A stretch of DNA of 63,283 bases, filler included, from Anaerolineae bacterium (lineage in GTDB: Bacteria > Chloroflexota > Anaerolineae > Epilineales > Epilineaceae), in NCBI GenBank assembly GCA_029262755.1. It is 4 parts of 4 records of this genome, joined end to end, with 100 filler letters (N's around TTAATTAATTAA, not from the genome) between each part and the next. Parts side by side here need not be neighbours in the genome. Positions count along the whole stretch, not along the records: positions 1 to 13,046 come from JAJCYU010000301.1; 3 more parts are not named here. One strand, written 5' to 3'. Within the stretch, counting starts at the first letter, position 1; every line of letters begins with the position of its first letter. The notes below the pieces were generated by a model, which did no database searches, had not been told where the DNA came from, and saw only the letters and a list, made by a program, of their open reading frames with translations. Positions 1-9,341 of the stretch are shown piece by piece. The translations under genes were made by a program, and so were the position numbers.

Positions 1-91
1 CGCCGAAGCCCGCCTCGGCCAGCGCGGCCTCGAGGGGCGCGCGGCGGGCGGCATCGTCGGAGACGAGCAGAATGTTCCGTCGGGTGATCAT
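1..91 (-). CDS. Partial gene (N-terminus only), receiver-domain-like protein
   Basis: ATG at 91 reads MITRRNILLVSDDAARRAPLEAALAEAGFG, resembling the receiver beta1-alpha1 pattern (ILLVxDD...LxxxG). Runs off the window edge. TATCCT lies 7 nt upstream. Confidence 0.55.
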   Translation of the reverse strand, partial: MITRRNILLVSDDAARRAPLEAALAEAGFG

Positions 92-122
92 GGCGCCAAG
101 GATAACACGCGCGCGGCGCGCG

Positions 123-863
123 TCACTCGCGCGTCTGGAATCGGTAGCCTACGCCGCGTTCGGTCTTGACGTAGAACGGGCGTCGCGGGTTCGGCTCGAT
201 CTTGCGTCGTAGATGGTGCAAGTGGACCCGCAACGTGGCTTCCGCATCGTTGTACGACTCGCCCCACACCTCGCGCAGCAGCTCGCTGCTTGGCACCGGT
301 TGGTTCGGGTGCTGCACGAGATAGCGCAGCAGGCCGAACTCGATGGGCGTCAACGCCACCTCTTCACCGGCGACGCTCACCTCGCGTGTGGCGAGGTCCA
401 CGGTCAGGTGGTCGTCGCTGTAGCGGACGGGGCGTTCCAGGAAAGGGCGCCGATCGGCGCGTTTGAGCACGGCTTGCACCCGTGCTCGCAGCTCGTCGAT
501 GTCCCACGGCTTGGCGACGTAGTCGTCGGCGCCGATGCCCAGTCCCTTGACGCGCGCCTCGAGCTGCGCGACGGCCGTGACCATGATGATGGGCGTGTCC
601 CACACCTCGCGGATGCGCTGGCAGGTCAGCCAGCCGTCCATCAGCGGCATCTCAATGTCGAGCACGATCAGGTCGGGGCGCATCTCGTGCGCAATCCGGA
701 GCGCGGCGAGACCGTCGCCGGCCTCGATGATCTCATGCCCATCCGGCGCCAGAGCCATACGCATGAGCGCACGCGCCTCGGGGTCGTCGTCGACGATGAG
801 GATGCGCCGGCGGCCACCGGTCAGCGACTCGATCTGTGGAGTTGTCGTCGTTGTGTCGATCAT
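123..863 (-). CDS. OmpR/PhoB-family DNA-binding response regulator
   Basis: Receiver motifs ILIVDDD, PDLIVLDIEMP and GADDYVAKPW; winged-helix motifs LTPIEFGLL, LRVHLHHLRRKIE and TERGVGYRF. Confidence 0.95.
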   Translation of the reverse strand: MIDTTTTTPQIESLTGGRRRILIVDDDPEARALMRMALAPDGHEIIEAGDGLAALRIAHEMRPDLIVLDIEMPLMDGWLTCQRIREVWDTPIIMVTAVAQLEARVKGLGIGADDYVAKPWDIDELRARVQAVLKRADRRPFLERPVRYSDDHLTVDLATREVSVAGEEVALTPIEFGLLRYLVQHPNQPVPSSELLREVWGESYNDAEATLRVHLHHLRRKIEPNPRRPFYVKTERGVGYRFQTRE

Positions 864-888
864 GGCTGCGGGCGTCCCGTCCGTTGGT

Positions 889-2061
889 TCAATCGCTGCG
901 TGCGGATTCCGTTCGCGCGGTATCGGCCGTCGATTCCGCCACCGCGGCGGGCAGGGTCAAGGCCATGCACGTGCCGGAGCGCGAGGTGCGGGCGATCCAG
1001 AGGCGACCGCCGTGAGCGCGCGCGATGTTGCGCGCGAGGTAGAGACCGAGCCCGTAGCCGCTCTTGTCGCCGGCATTGCGCCCGCGACCGAAGGGGGCGA
1101 AGACGCGGTCCACGTCTTCGGGCCGGATGCCGAGGCCATCGTCGCATACGTCCAAGCGTACGCCACCGCCACCCTCGACGGGCCCGAGCGTCGCCGTGAT
1201 CGTGCCGCCGACGGCGTACTTCGCGGCGTTATCGATCAGGTGCTCTACGACGCGCGCGATCTGCGAGGCATCCCCGCGCGCCGGCGTCAAGCCGGGCTGC
1301 GCGACGAGCTTGAAGCGCGTGCCGCTCTCTTCCTTCGTGGCGGCCAGCTCGTAGGGCGCGATCGTTTCGCGCAGGAGCGCCACCATATCCAACGACTCCA
1401 AGCGGATCAGCCAACCACCACTGGCGGCGACCGCATCCAGGAGCGCTTCCAGCCGGCCGAGCAGCCGGCCGCTCTGGCTTTCGATGATCTTGAGCGCTTG
1501 ACGCACGCTGTCCAGATCGCCGGCATCCAGATTACGCTGCGCGAGTTGCGCGCCGACGCGTACGTTGGACAGCGGGGACCGGAGGTCGTGGCCGAGCAGC
1601 GCGAGGAACTCGTCGCGCGCGGCGGCATCCATGCGGCCGGCGTCGGCGGTGTCGAGGCCGAGACGGGCCACGGCGGCGGCCACTTCCAGCAAGGCGACCT
1701 CGTCGGAGCTGAAGGCCCCCTCACGGGTCACCGCAAGTGCGGCACGGGTGCCGGCTTCGTCGGTCACGGGCAGCGGTAGGATCAGCCACCCATCCACGTG
1801 CGCTACGTCGCCTTCGCGTTGCACAGCAGCGATAGCCGCGGCGCCCGGCGATGCGACCGCGACGCCGGGTCGGCGATGCACGGCGGCGAGCGCGGGGCCA
1901 TCGGCATCCACCCATAGCTCGCAGGAGCTCGCGCCGACCAGATCCAGCGTCTCGCGGGCCACGAAGGGCAGAAAGGCGGTGCGATCGGTTGCACCGGCCG
2001 CTGCGCGAACCAAGTCGAGCAGTGGCGCCAGGCGGGTTGTCGTCGTCTCTTGCACGTTCAC
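889..2061 (-). CDS. Cytoplasmic sensor histidine kinase (GAF-like, HisKA, HATPase_c)
   Basis: H-box GHDLRSPL, N-box HLIDNAAKY, G1 DDGLGI, F-box VFAPF, G2 GYGLGLYLA. No clear TM segment. The GTG at 2061 was chosen because GAGAGGGA lies upstream; the ORF is open to 2136. Confidence 0.9.
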   Translation of the reverse strand: MNVQETTTTRLAPLLDLVRAAAGATDRTAFLPFVARETLDLVGASSCELWVDADGPALAAVHRRPGVAVASPGAAAIAAVQREGDVAHVDGWLILPLPVTDEAGTRAALAVTREGAFSSDEVALLEVAAAVARLGLDTADAGRMDAAARDEFLALLGHDLRSPLSNVRVGAQLAQRNLDAGDLDSVRQALKIIESQSGRLLGRLEALLDAVAASGGWLIRLESLDMVALLRETIAPYELAATKEESGTRFKLVAQPGLTPARGDASQIARVVEHLIDNAAKYAVGGTITATLGPVEGGGGVRLDVCDDGLGIRPEDVDRVFAPFGRGRNAGDKSGYGLGLYLARNIARAHGGRLWIARTSRSGTCMALTLPAAVAESTADTARTESARSD

Positions 2062-2283
2062 GGGAGTCCCTCTCAGCACGTCCAAAGCGGGCCCGTCGCG
2101 GCGGGGGCTACCTGCGGTGCGGGCGTCACACCCCACTTAAGGGCGAGTTAACCTAACAGGATGATAACCGGCTTTAAGGACCCTTGCAAGCTCACCGGAC
2201 GGCGGCGCACGGGCATGGCCGCGGATTGCCGCGGATCACCGCGGGGCAACGTCCGACCGAGCCGGTGGTATACTCCCGTGCCC

Positions 2284-3408
2284 ATGAGCCAGACCCTGTT
2301 TCCCTTCACGGCCATCGTCGGCCAGGACGACCTCAAGCGCGCGTTGATCCTCAACGCCGTGAGGCCGGACATCGGCGGCGTCCTGATCCGCGGTGAGCGC
2401 GGCACGGCCAAGAGCACCGCCGTGCGCGGGCTCGCCGTGCTCCTGCCGCAGATCGACGTCGTCCACGGCTGCCGCTTCGCCTGTTCGCCCGATTCGCCGA
2501 GCCTATGCTCGGATTGCGAAGATCGGCTGACCGCCGGCGGTCCGCTGCCCTCCGAGCAGCGTTCTACTCCCTTCATCGACCTGCCGGTCAGCGCGACGGA
2601 GGACCGGGTCGTCGGTACGCTCGACATCGAGCGCATCCTGCGTTCCGGCGAGCGTCATTTCGAGCCGGGTGTGCTGGCCTCCGCGAACCGCGGGATCCTC
2701 TATATCGACGAGGTCAACCTGCTCGACGACCATGTGGTCGACGTGCTGCTTGACGCCGCGGCGATGGGCGTCAACATCGTCGAGCGCGAAGGCGTGTCCT
2801 TCTCGCATCCGGCGCGCTTTGTCCTCGTGGGAACCATGAATCCCGAAGAGGGCGAGCTCCGCCCGCAGCTCACGGATCGCTTCGGCCTATCGGTCGAGGT
2901 CCGCTCGGTGCCGGAGCTCCATGCGCGCACCGAGATCCTGCGCCGCCGCCTCGCCTTCGACAACGAGCCGCCCGCTTTTACGGAAGAATACGAAGCCGAG
3001 GAAGCGGCGCTGCGCGAGCGTATCCGCAACGCGCAAGAGCACCTGCCCCGCGTGCTGATCACGGATCGACACCTGCGCGTCACCGCGGAATTGGTCACCG
3101 CCGCGATGGTCGATGGCCATCGCGCGGAGCTTGCAATCCTCAAGACCGCGCAGGCCAACGCCGCCTTCGAAGCGCGCGACGTGGTCACGATCGGCGATCT
3201 AGCGCTCGCATCGCGCCTGGCACTGCCGCACCGCCGGCGTCGCGGCCCGCTCGAGGGCAATGCCTCCGACATGACGGCAGTGCAGGACGTGCTCGACCGC
3301 GCGTCCGACGAAGAAGCCGAGCTCGCCTCCGATGAAGACGGCGTCGCGGGCGACGAGAAAGGAGGCGAGTCAGCTTCCAGCGCTGACTCGCCCAAAAGAG
3401 GACGGTGA
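2284..3408 (+). CDS. Mg/Co-chelatase ChlI/BchI-like AAA+ ATPase (5' part of a frameshifted chlD-like gene)
   Basis: FPFTAIVGQ start, Walker A GERGTAKST, ATEDRVVGTLD, Walker B ILYIDEVNLL, GTMNPEEGELRPQLTDRFGL and VDGHRA; ends in an acidic linker. Confidence 0.93.
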   Translation: MSQTLFPFTAIVGQDDLKRALILNAVRPDIGGVLIRGERGTAKSTAVRGLAVLLPQIDVVHGCRFACSPDSPSLCSDCEDRLTAGGPLPSEQRSTPFIDLPVSATEDRVVGTLDIERILRSGERHFEPGVLASANRGILYIDEVNLLDDHVVDVLLDAAAMGVNIVEREGVSFSHPARFVLVGTMNPEEGELRPQLTDRFGLSVEVRSVPELHARTEILRRRLAFDNEPPAFTEEYEAEEAALRERIRNAQEHLPRVLITDRHLRVTAELVTAAMVDGHRAELAILKTAQANAAFEARDVVTIGDLALASRLALPHRRRRGPLEGNASDMTAVQDVLDRASDEEAELASDEDGVAGDEKGGESASSADSPKRGR

Positions 3409-4345
3409 GCCCGGCGAAACGGGTGCGGAAGCCGAGCCTTCGGAAGGCGGCGACGCCGCCCCACAAGCCGGCGAGACCCAAGCCGACGGCGGCGAGAGCG
3501 GTCGCCCGGTAGCAACACGCGAAGCGGAGCTCACCGAACGCTTCGAGACCAGCCTCGACCGGCTCGCACGCCGCTCCGCAGGCCGGCGCAGCATGTCCAA
3601 GACGGATACGCGCCGCGGCCGCTACGTTCGGGCCCGCCCGGCAGAGGGCCGCTACGACGATATCGCCTTCGACGCCACGCTGCGCTCCGCCGCGATTCGT
3701 CAGGCGCCTCTGTCCAAGGACGTGCCCTTCGGCATCGAGCTGCGCGACATTCAGCGCAAGGAACGGGAGCGCAAGTCCGGCAACCTGATCTTGTTCATGG
3801 TCGATGCGAGTTGGAGCATGGCTACGGCGGAGCGTTTGCAGGCGGCCAAGGGCGCGGTGCTCTCCCTGTTGATCGATGCATACCAGCGACGCGACAAGGT
3901 GGGGCTGGCGGTCTTCCGCCGGCGGGGAACCGAGGTCGTGCTGCCCTTCACCAACAGCGTCACGCGCGCCGAGCAGCTCTTGCACGACATCGCCGTGGGC
4001 GGCAAGACCCCGCTCTCGGACGCGCTGCATACCGCGGACGTTCTCTTCGAAACCGCGCTACGGCGTGATCCGACCGCCTTGCCCATGCTCGTCCTGCTCA
4101 CGGACGGCGCGGGCAACATCTCCTTGACGGGCAAGGCCCCCGCCGACGAGATGCGCGAGCTCTCGGCCGGTCTCGTGCGGCGGAAGGTGCGCTCCATCGT
4201 CGTGGACATGTACAGCCGCTCCCGTTTCTATCCGACGTCGCCGGCCGCGGAGCTGGCGGAGGCACTCGGGGGCGAGCTATACACGATGGCAGAGCTCAAG
4301 GCCGAGGGCGTCGTGGAGCGCGTTCGCGCCGAGCTGGATCGCTAG
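3392..4345 (+). CDS. ChlD/BchD-like C-terminal acidic linker plus vWA domain, in the +1 frame relative to the ATPase
   Basis: RGRYVRA, DIAFDATLRSAA, MIDAS VDASWSM, DAYQRRDKVGL, GGKTPLS and LLTDG are hallmarks of the ChlD C-terminal half. No convincing independent start was found (the ORF is open from 3332). Confidence 0.88.
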   Translation, partial: PKEDGEPGETGAEAEPSEGGDAAPQAGETQADGGESGRPVATREAELTERFETSLDRLARRSAGRRSMSKTDTRRGRYVRARPAEGRYDDIAFDATLRSAAIRQAPLSKDVPFGIELRDIQRKERERKSGNLILFMVDASWSMATAERLQAAKGAVLSLLIDAYQRRDKVGLAVFRRRGTEVVLPFTNSVTRAEQLLHDIAVGGKTPLSDALHTADVLFETALRRDPTALPMLVLLTDGAGNISLTGKAPADEMRELSAGLVRRKVRSIVVDMYSRSRFYPTSPAAELAEALGGELYTMAELKAEGVVERVRAELDR

Positions 4346-4432
4346 GCAGCTCCTGCCGATGTGGCCATCTCGCATCGCGACGCGTGAAAGGATTCGCCGC
4401 AAGGCGCATCACCCCCCGTGGGAGGAGGGTCG

Positions 4433-5122
4433 GTGGCTCGGATAGACGCGCAGCAATCACGGGCGCTGTACGAATCCTGCCGCGGTCCTTCGCGGCGCGC
4501 GCGCGCCGATGCCTACGCCCAGCTTGGGCGCCTCCTCCACGACATCGCCTGGCGGCGCGTGGCGGGAGATCCGCGTCTGCATCACTTGGCCGAGGAAAGC
4601 ATGCAGGAAGCGCTGGAGGCGATCTGGCGCGCGTTGGAGGCCGATCGCGGTCCCGACGCGCCCGAACGGTTCGTGGCCTGGTCGGCCATGATCGTCGTCA
4701 ACAAGCTGCGCGAAGCCATTCGGCGCCTGGAGCCCAAGGGCGCCGCCGGCCGGACGCGGCGCGTGGCACTCAGCCGCCAACGCAGCCTGGAGGCGCCACC
4801 GCGCCCGGGCGAGCTGCCGCTTGCCGACCGTCTCCAGGACGCGGAAGGCCGCGACGCGGAGGATGAACTGGAGACGAAGGAAAGCTACGCGCGCATCCGG
4901 GACACGATCGGTGACATCGCAGGTCTCGACGCGGTGAGCGAAGCCTCGCGCACCGTGCTGCTGCGCGGCTTCCTAGAGGATTGGGACGACGCCGCCTTGG
5001 CCGATCACCTGGGTACGACGCGCGCGAACGTCCACGTGATCCGCTCGCGTGACCTGGCCAAGCTGCGCGCCCATCCGGAGTTCATGACCCGCCTACGCGC
5101 CCTGTACGAGGGCGATCGATGA
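4433..5122 (+). CDS. ECF-type RNA polymerase sigma-70 factor
   Basis: Region 2 AEESMQEALEAIW...FVAWSAMIVVNKLREAIRR; region 4 LADHLGTTRANVHVIRSRDLAKLR. GGAGGAGG SD precedes the GTG at 4433. Confidence 0.85.
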   Translation: MARIDAQQSRALYESCRGPSRRARADAYAQLGRLLHDIAWRRVAGDPRLHHLAEESMQEALEAIWRALEADRGPDAPERFVAWSAMIVVNKLREAIRRLEPKGAAGRTRRVALSRQRSLEAPPRPGELPLADRLQDAEGRDAEDELETKESYARIRDTIGDIAGLDAVSEASRTVLLRGFLEDWDDAALADHLGTTRANVHVIRSRDLAKLRAHPEFMTRLRALYEGDR

Positions 5123-6786
5123 GCCAGTCAGTCGCGAACCCGTCCCCCGCCTGCGACCGCGCCCACGCTGCGTTCGTCGAGGCCGCACTCGAAGGACGTT
5201 CGCTAGCCCGCGAAGACAGCGCTCACCTCGCCGCCTGCCCCGTGTGCCGCGACCGCCTCGACCACCTCGCGGTCGCCACGCTCTCCGGCTTCTCCGACGA
5301 ACTCTCCTGCGCGGAGTGCCGCGCGCAGCTGGCGACCGACGACCGCGGCGCGCCGCCCAACGAGCTCGTCGCGCTACACGTAGCGACATGCCCGGAATGC
5401 GACGCGACGGCGCGAACCTTGGCCGATGCGCGGGCCGCCATGGCCGACGGCAGCCTCGAAGCCGCGCCCCACACGCCGAACATCGACCTTTCGTTCCTCG
5501 ACTCACCTGGTGCGCTGAGTGAGGCCCAAGAAACAGGCCCGACCATGACTGGTGCGCCGTCCCCGCGCCGAGGACGGTCCACGCTGATCGCGGTCCTGCT
5601 GCTGCTCGGACTCGTGCTGCTCGCCGTACGCGTGGCCGGCGGCGGCGGCGAGGGCGCAGACGGTACGACCGCCGGTGGCAGGATACGCGGCGCGATCGCG
5701 GCCTGGTTCGGCGCCGCGCCGAGCGAGGACGGCGCACCGTTCGACGGCGATCGCGACGGGCGGAGCCGCGGGGACGACGGGGTTGGCGACGATGGCAGCA
5801 GCAGAAGCGGCAGCGATGGCGACAGCGACGTGGATCGCGCCGGCGAAGGGACGTCGGTCGATCTCGCGTCCGGCAAACCGTCGCTGGACGATCCTTCGAC
5901 CGCCACCGCTTTGGCTCTGCGCGACCGCAGCGGCGCAACGGCCGTTGTGCGGCGGACCCCCGTCCGTCCGGCTCTCGCGCCGCCGGCCGTCGCCGCGACG
6001 GCCACGGCCGGCAGGCGCGCGTTGGAGCGCCTGATCGCGAGCGCCACCGCGCGATCCGCGACCGCGACCGCCGCGGCGCGGCCCACGCGCGAGCTGCGTG
6101 CGACGGCGACTGCAACGGCTACGGCAACACCGACGCCCACGGCCACGCCCACGGCCGCGGACCCGACCGAGACGCGGCCGCCGGACTCCGGGCCGGAGCT
6201 GCTGGTGGTTTGCCGCCCGGAGCGAGGCGGTCCGATCGACTTCGTGTTCGCCAACCGTTGTCCGAGCTTCCCGGCCCGATCGCAATACGATCGCTGGCGC
6301 ATCGACGTGCAGCGCGAGGGCCGGTGGCAGTTCTCTACCTGCGGGCTGACCGACCTGGACACCATCCTCGCGTTGTACCGGGAAGGGGACTTTGACCCGG
6401 CCGCACCCTGCGCCCGCATCCTCGCCTACAGCGACGACGGCTGCGGGGGGGAGGGGGTGCAGAGCGTCATCGACACGAGCCTCAAGCCGGGCGTGTACGA
6501 GCTAATCGTCGCGGAGAAGACGGGCGACGTGACGGCGCCCTACGCGCTCAGCATCGCCGCTTCCCGCTCGGGCCAACAGTGCCCGACCCGCGTGGAGCCG
6601 CCACCGACGGTGGAGGCCGTTCCGAGCGCAACGAACGCGCCGAGCGGGTCCGGCACGCCGACGAGCGTTGGATCGCCGAGCGGAACCGAGACGCCGAGCG
6701 CGCCGATCGGATCGGACCTGCCGGGTGCTGCAACTACGCCTGGAACGACGAGTTCGCCAGAGCCTACACGTCCGCCGGTCGGGTAG
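5119..6786 (+). CDS. Putative membrane anti-sigma factor: two ZAS zinc fingers, TM helix, Ala/Thr/Pro linker, extracellular Cys-containing PPC-like domain
   Basis: ATGA overlap with the sigma gene; HLAACPVC and HVATCPEC (HxxxCxxC); hydrophobic LIAVLLLLGLVLLAV; FSTCGLTDLDTILALY...SDDGCG...LKPGVYELIV. Confidence 0.75.
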   Translation: MSQSVANPSPACDRAHAAFVEAALEGRSLAREDSAHLAACPVCRDRLDHLAVATLSGFSDELSCAECRAQLATDDRGAPPNELVALHVATCPECDATARTLADARAAMADGSLEAAPHTPNIDLSFLDSPGALSEAQETGPTMTGAPSPRRGRSTLIAVLLLLGLVLLAVRVAGGGGEGADGTTAGGRIRGAIAAWFGAAPSEDGAPFDGDRDGRSRGDDGVGDDGSSRSGSDGDSDVDRAGEGTSVDLASGKPSLDDPSTATALALRDRSGATAVVRRTPVRPALAPPAVAATATAGRRALERLIASATARSATATAAARPTRELRATATATATATPTPTATPTAADPTETRPPDSGPELLVVCRPERGGPIDFVFANRCPSFPARSQYDRWRIDVQREGRWQFSTCGLTDLDTILALYREGDFDPAAPCARILAYSDDGCGGEGVQSVIDTSLKPGVYELIVAEKTGDVTAPYALSIAASRSGQQCPTRVEPPPTVEAVPSATNAPSGSGTPTSVGSPSGTETPSAPIGSDLPGAATTPGTTSSPEPTRPPVG

Positions 6787-6873
6787 GTCGCGTCACGAGG
6801 CTCGCACGGATCTGGTGGGTCGATCAGCCGGGCCGCACAGTCGAGTTGGGCGCATCACGCCGACTCCTCGCCC

Positions 6874-8214
6874 CTACTTCCACCACACCTGGATCGCTGC
6901 GATCTCGCTGTGGAAATCGTGGCCGGAGGCCTTGATTTCCACGCGCTTCAACGCCACGGCGCGCCGTGGGGTCGGTAGATGGGCGAAGGCCAGCGCGTTG
7001 GAGCCCTCAAGGAGGTTGCCGCTGTCGAACTCGGTCCAGACTCCGGTTTCGACATAGCGCGAGCGAACGGGGTCGACGCGCGCGCCGGAAAACTCTTCGG
7101 CCTCGGGGTCGGGCGCGAGCGTATAGAAGCCCATCCGCCACGCGAACTCGTCGCCGTCATCGTCCACGGCGACGAGCGTGAGCAAGAGCGGGTACTCTTC
7201 CGCGCGGTCGCCGCCACCGGGTAGGGATTGGGCGTTGACACGGAGGGTGGCGGTCAGGGCCAGGTACGTCGCGTCGGCGAGCGATACGTTGCCAAGATCG
7301 TGGCGCAGCACGAGGTCGGCAGGGCTCTTGCGCGAATCCTCCCGGCGCAATGACAAAAGCGCGGCGCCGTCTTCGCCGTAGACCCACGCCGATTCGGGCG
7401 GGCTCTGGAATGCAACGGGCGCGGGAATATGCTCCCATCCGCGTCGCCCAGCCTCTTCCTGGAAGCCGGCGGCAGCGATCAAGCCCTCTGGATCGGCTTG
7501 GGCCGGAGCGGGAATGCCGTCCCGTCCGATGACCGTGCGCTCTCCGACACCCAGCACGATGAAGCGGCCGTCGCGGCCGTCCTCGGAGCCCAGCATGATC
7601 CCATTGCCGCGCACGGTCAGCGTGCCCGCACCGGCTTCGTGATAGACGCGGAGCTCGCCGTCGGCCATCTCCAAACGGGCATGCGTATCGGGTGCGACCA
7701 GGATGCGGGCGTCCGCCGTCTCGATCCAGAACTCGCGCGGCCCCTGCGAGCCGTCGTCGTAGCGCGTGCCGACGCGCAGCACCGCGAGCGCGTCGGCCGG
7801 GGTTCGCTCGTCCCGCTCGAGGACCAACGTGACGACGTTCGGTGACTCACCGATCGGAAAGCGCGGCCGGCGCATCGTATCGAGCCGCAAGCGCCCGTGG
7901 CCTTCGAGCGTGACCTGCGAGCCGTCGAAGAAGCGGACCATGGCTTTGGACGCGCCGGCGCCGAGCGGCTGAATCTCCGCCCCTTCTTCGGCCCGAACGG
8001 TCTCGCCGGCACCCCTTCGTTGACACGCCGGTGTGCACAGCTCGACATCGCCCTCTGGGACGAAGACGTTGGCCTCCAGCGCGCGTGTCGCATCGCGCAC
8101 GTAGGCGCGTGCGCCGCGCGGCACGCCGAAAGCCAGGGCGATAAAGACCGCGAAGGCCGCCAACAGGACGCCCCATACCACCCACAGGATGTTGCGCGCG
8201 ATGGGCGATGTCAT
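6874..8214 (-). CDS. Membrane-anchored FecR-like domain protein
   Basis: N-terminal TM (ILWVVWGVLLAAFAVFIALAFGV). FecR-like strands AMVRFFDGSQVTLEGHGRLRL and FWIETADARILV are followed by a C-terminal beta-rich domain. Confidence 0.6.
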   Translation of the reverse strand: MTSPIARNILWVVWGVLLAAFAVFIALAFGVPRGARAYVRDATRALEANVFVPEGDVELCTPACQRRGAGETVRAEEGAEIQPLGAGASKAMVRFFDGSQVTLEGHGRLRLDTMRRPRFPIGESPNVVTLVLERDERTPADALAVLRVGTRYDDGSQGPREFWIETADARILVAPDTHARLEMADGELRVYHEAGAGTLTVRGNGIMLGSEDGRDGRFIVLGVGERTVIGRDGIPAPAQADPEGLIAAAGFQEEAGRRGWEHIPAPVAFQSPPESAWVYGEDGAALLSLRREDSRKSPADLVLRHDLGNVSLADATYLALTATLRVNAQSLPGGGDRAEEYPLLLTLVAVDDDGDEFAWRMGFYTLAPDPEAEEFSGARVDPVRSRYVETGVWTEFDSGNLLEGSNALAFAHLPTPRRAVALKRVEIKASGHDFHSEIAAIQVWWK

Positions 8215-8222
8215 CGGTGCTA

Positions 8223-8909
8223 CTAGTCGCGCCGGCCGCTGATGAGGCTCACGTAGTAGAGCAAGGTCAACACAGAACTCGCAGCCGCCGCGACATAGGT
8301 TAGCGCCGCTGCGTCAAGGACACTATCGACGCCCTTGTACTCTGCTTCGGTCACGAGGCCGGTGTCGCGCAGGTACTTCTTGGCACGCCGGCTCGCGTCG
8401 AACTCAACGGGCAAGGTCACGAGGGTGAAGGCCACCGCGGCGCCGAAGAGCGCGATGCCGACCCAGGCGAGGTAGTCCTGCTGCAGCATGATTCCGCCGA
8501 AGACCACCCAGATCCCAAGGTTGGAACCAATGTTTGCGGCGGGCACAAGGGCGGCGCGCGCCTTGAGCATCACGTTGCCGACCTTGTCCTGCTCAGCGTG
8601 ACCAAGCTCATGCGCGACGATGGCCATGCCGGCTACTGAGGGCTGGCTGACCGTCGAATCGGAGAGGTGGATGGACTTGTCGCGCGGATCGTAGTAGTCG
8701 GTCAGCTGGCCGGGGACGCGATCGATCTCGACGTTCTCGAGACCGACGTGGCGCATGATCACCTGCGCCGTCTCGACGCTGTTGAGCCCGCGCCCGTTTG
8801 GCACGGCGGCCCACTTGTTGAAGGCCGACTTCACGCGCCATTGCGCGAACATCGTAAGTGCCATCGTGGGCACCAAGACATAGAGGATGTAGCTCATATC
8901 AGCGAACAC
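8223..8909 (-). CDS. YugP-family membrane zinc metallopeptidase
   Basis: GQLTDYYDPRDK, AHELGHAEQ (HExxH), VTLPVEFDASRRA and AAALTYVAA. Confidence 0.92.
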   Translation of the reverse strand: MFADMSYILYVLVPTMALTMFAQWRVKSAFNKWAAVPNGRGLNSVETAQVIMRHVGLENVEIDRVPGQLTDYYDPRDKSIHLSDSTVSQPSVAGMAIVAHELGHAEQDKVGNVMLKARAALVPAANIGSNLGIWVVFGGIMLQQDYLAWVGIALFGAAVAFTLVTLPVEFDASRRAKKYLRDTGLVTEAEYKGVDSVLDAAALTYVAAAASSVLTLLYYVSLISGRRD

Positions 8910-9341
8910 GGTGTATTGCTCCTATACGGGTAGACCGCTTGGCGACCGGCCCGGTGCGTGGGCCTCATTTCGTTCCGTGAGCCCCTTCAATCCGTGTAAA
9001 TCATAGCAGCGCCGGCGATTGACCTTCGCCCAATTCTGCCAATACGGACGCCAACCTGACGAGTATCCCAGTTTCGGTGATCCCTGTCTCGGCCGAGGCA
9101 CTTCGGACGTTGTGGTCGTCACACCGTGCGCCGGTGTCGCGCGGCCGGTCTCGAGGCGAAGCCTTGTGGGGACGAGGGGTCATGGGCCTCGAGCCGGCCG
9201 CGCTAGGTGTGCGGGCGAATTGTGTTGGGCAACTGTGGCGTGGCAAAGGGCTTGGGCGGATCGACCGGTGTTGGTTGGTCTGGGCGGGGCCGGCGGATGT
9301 ACCGTGTCCGACTTCATTGTGCGAACAGGGGGAGGATCAGC

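Noticed and set aside
3359..3365. AAGGAGG as an SD for the vWA ORF or as a prfB-type frameshift stimulator
   Set aside because: No start codon lies at a suitable distance, and it is about 25 nt upstream of the slippery site, too far for the classic stimulator geometry.
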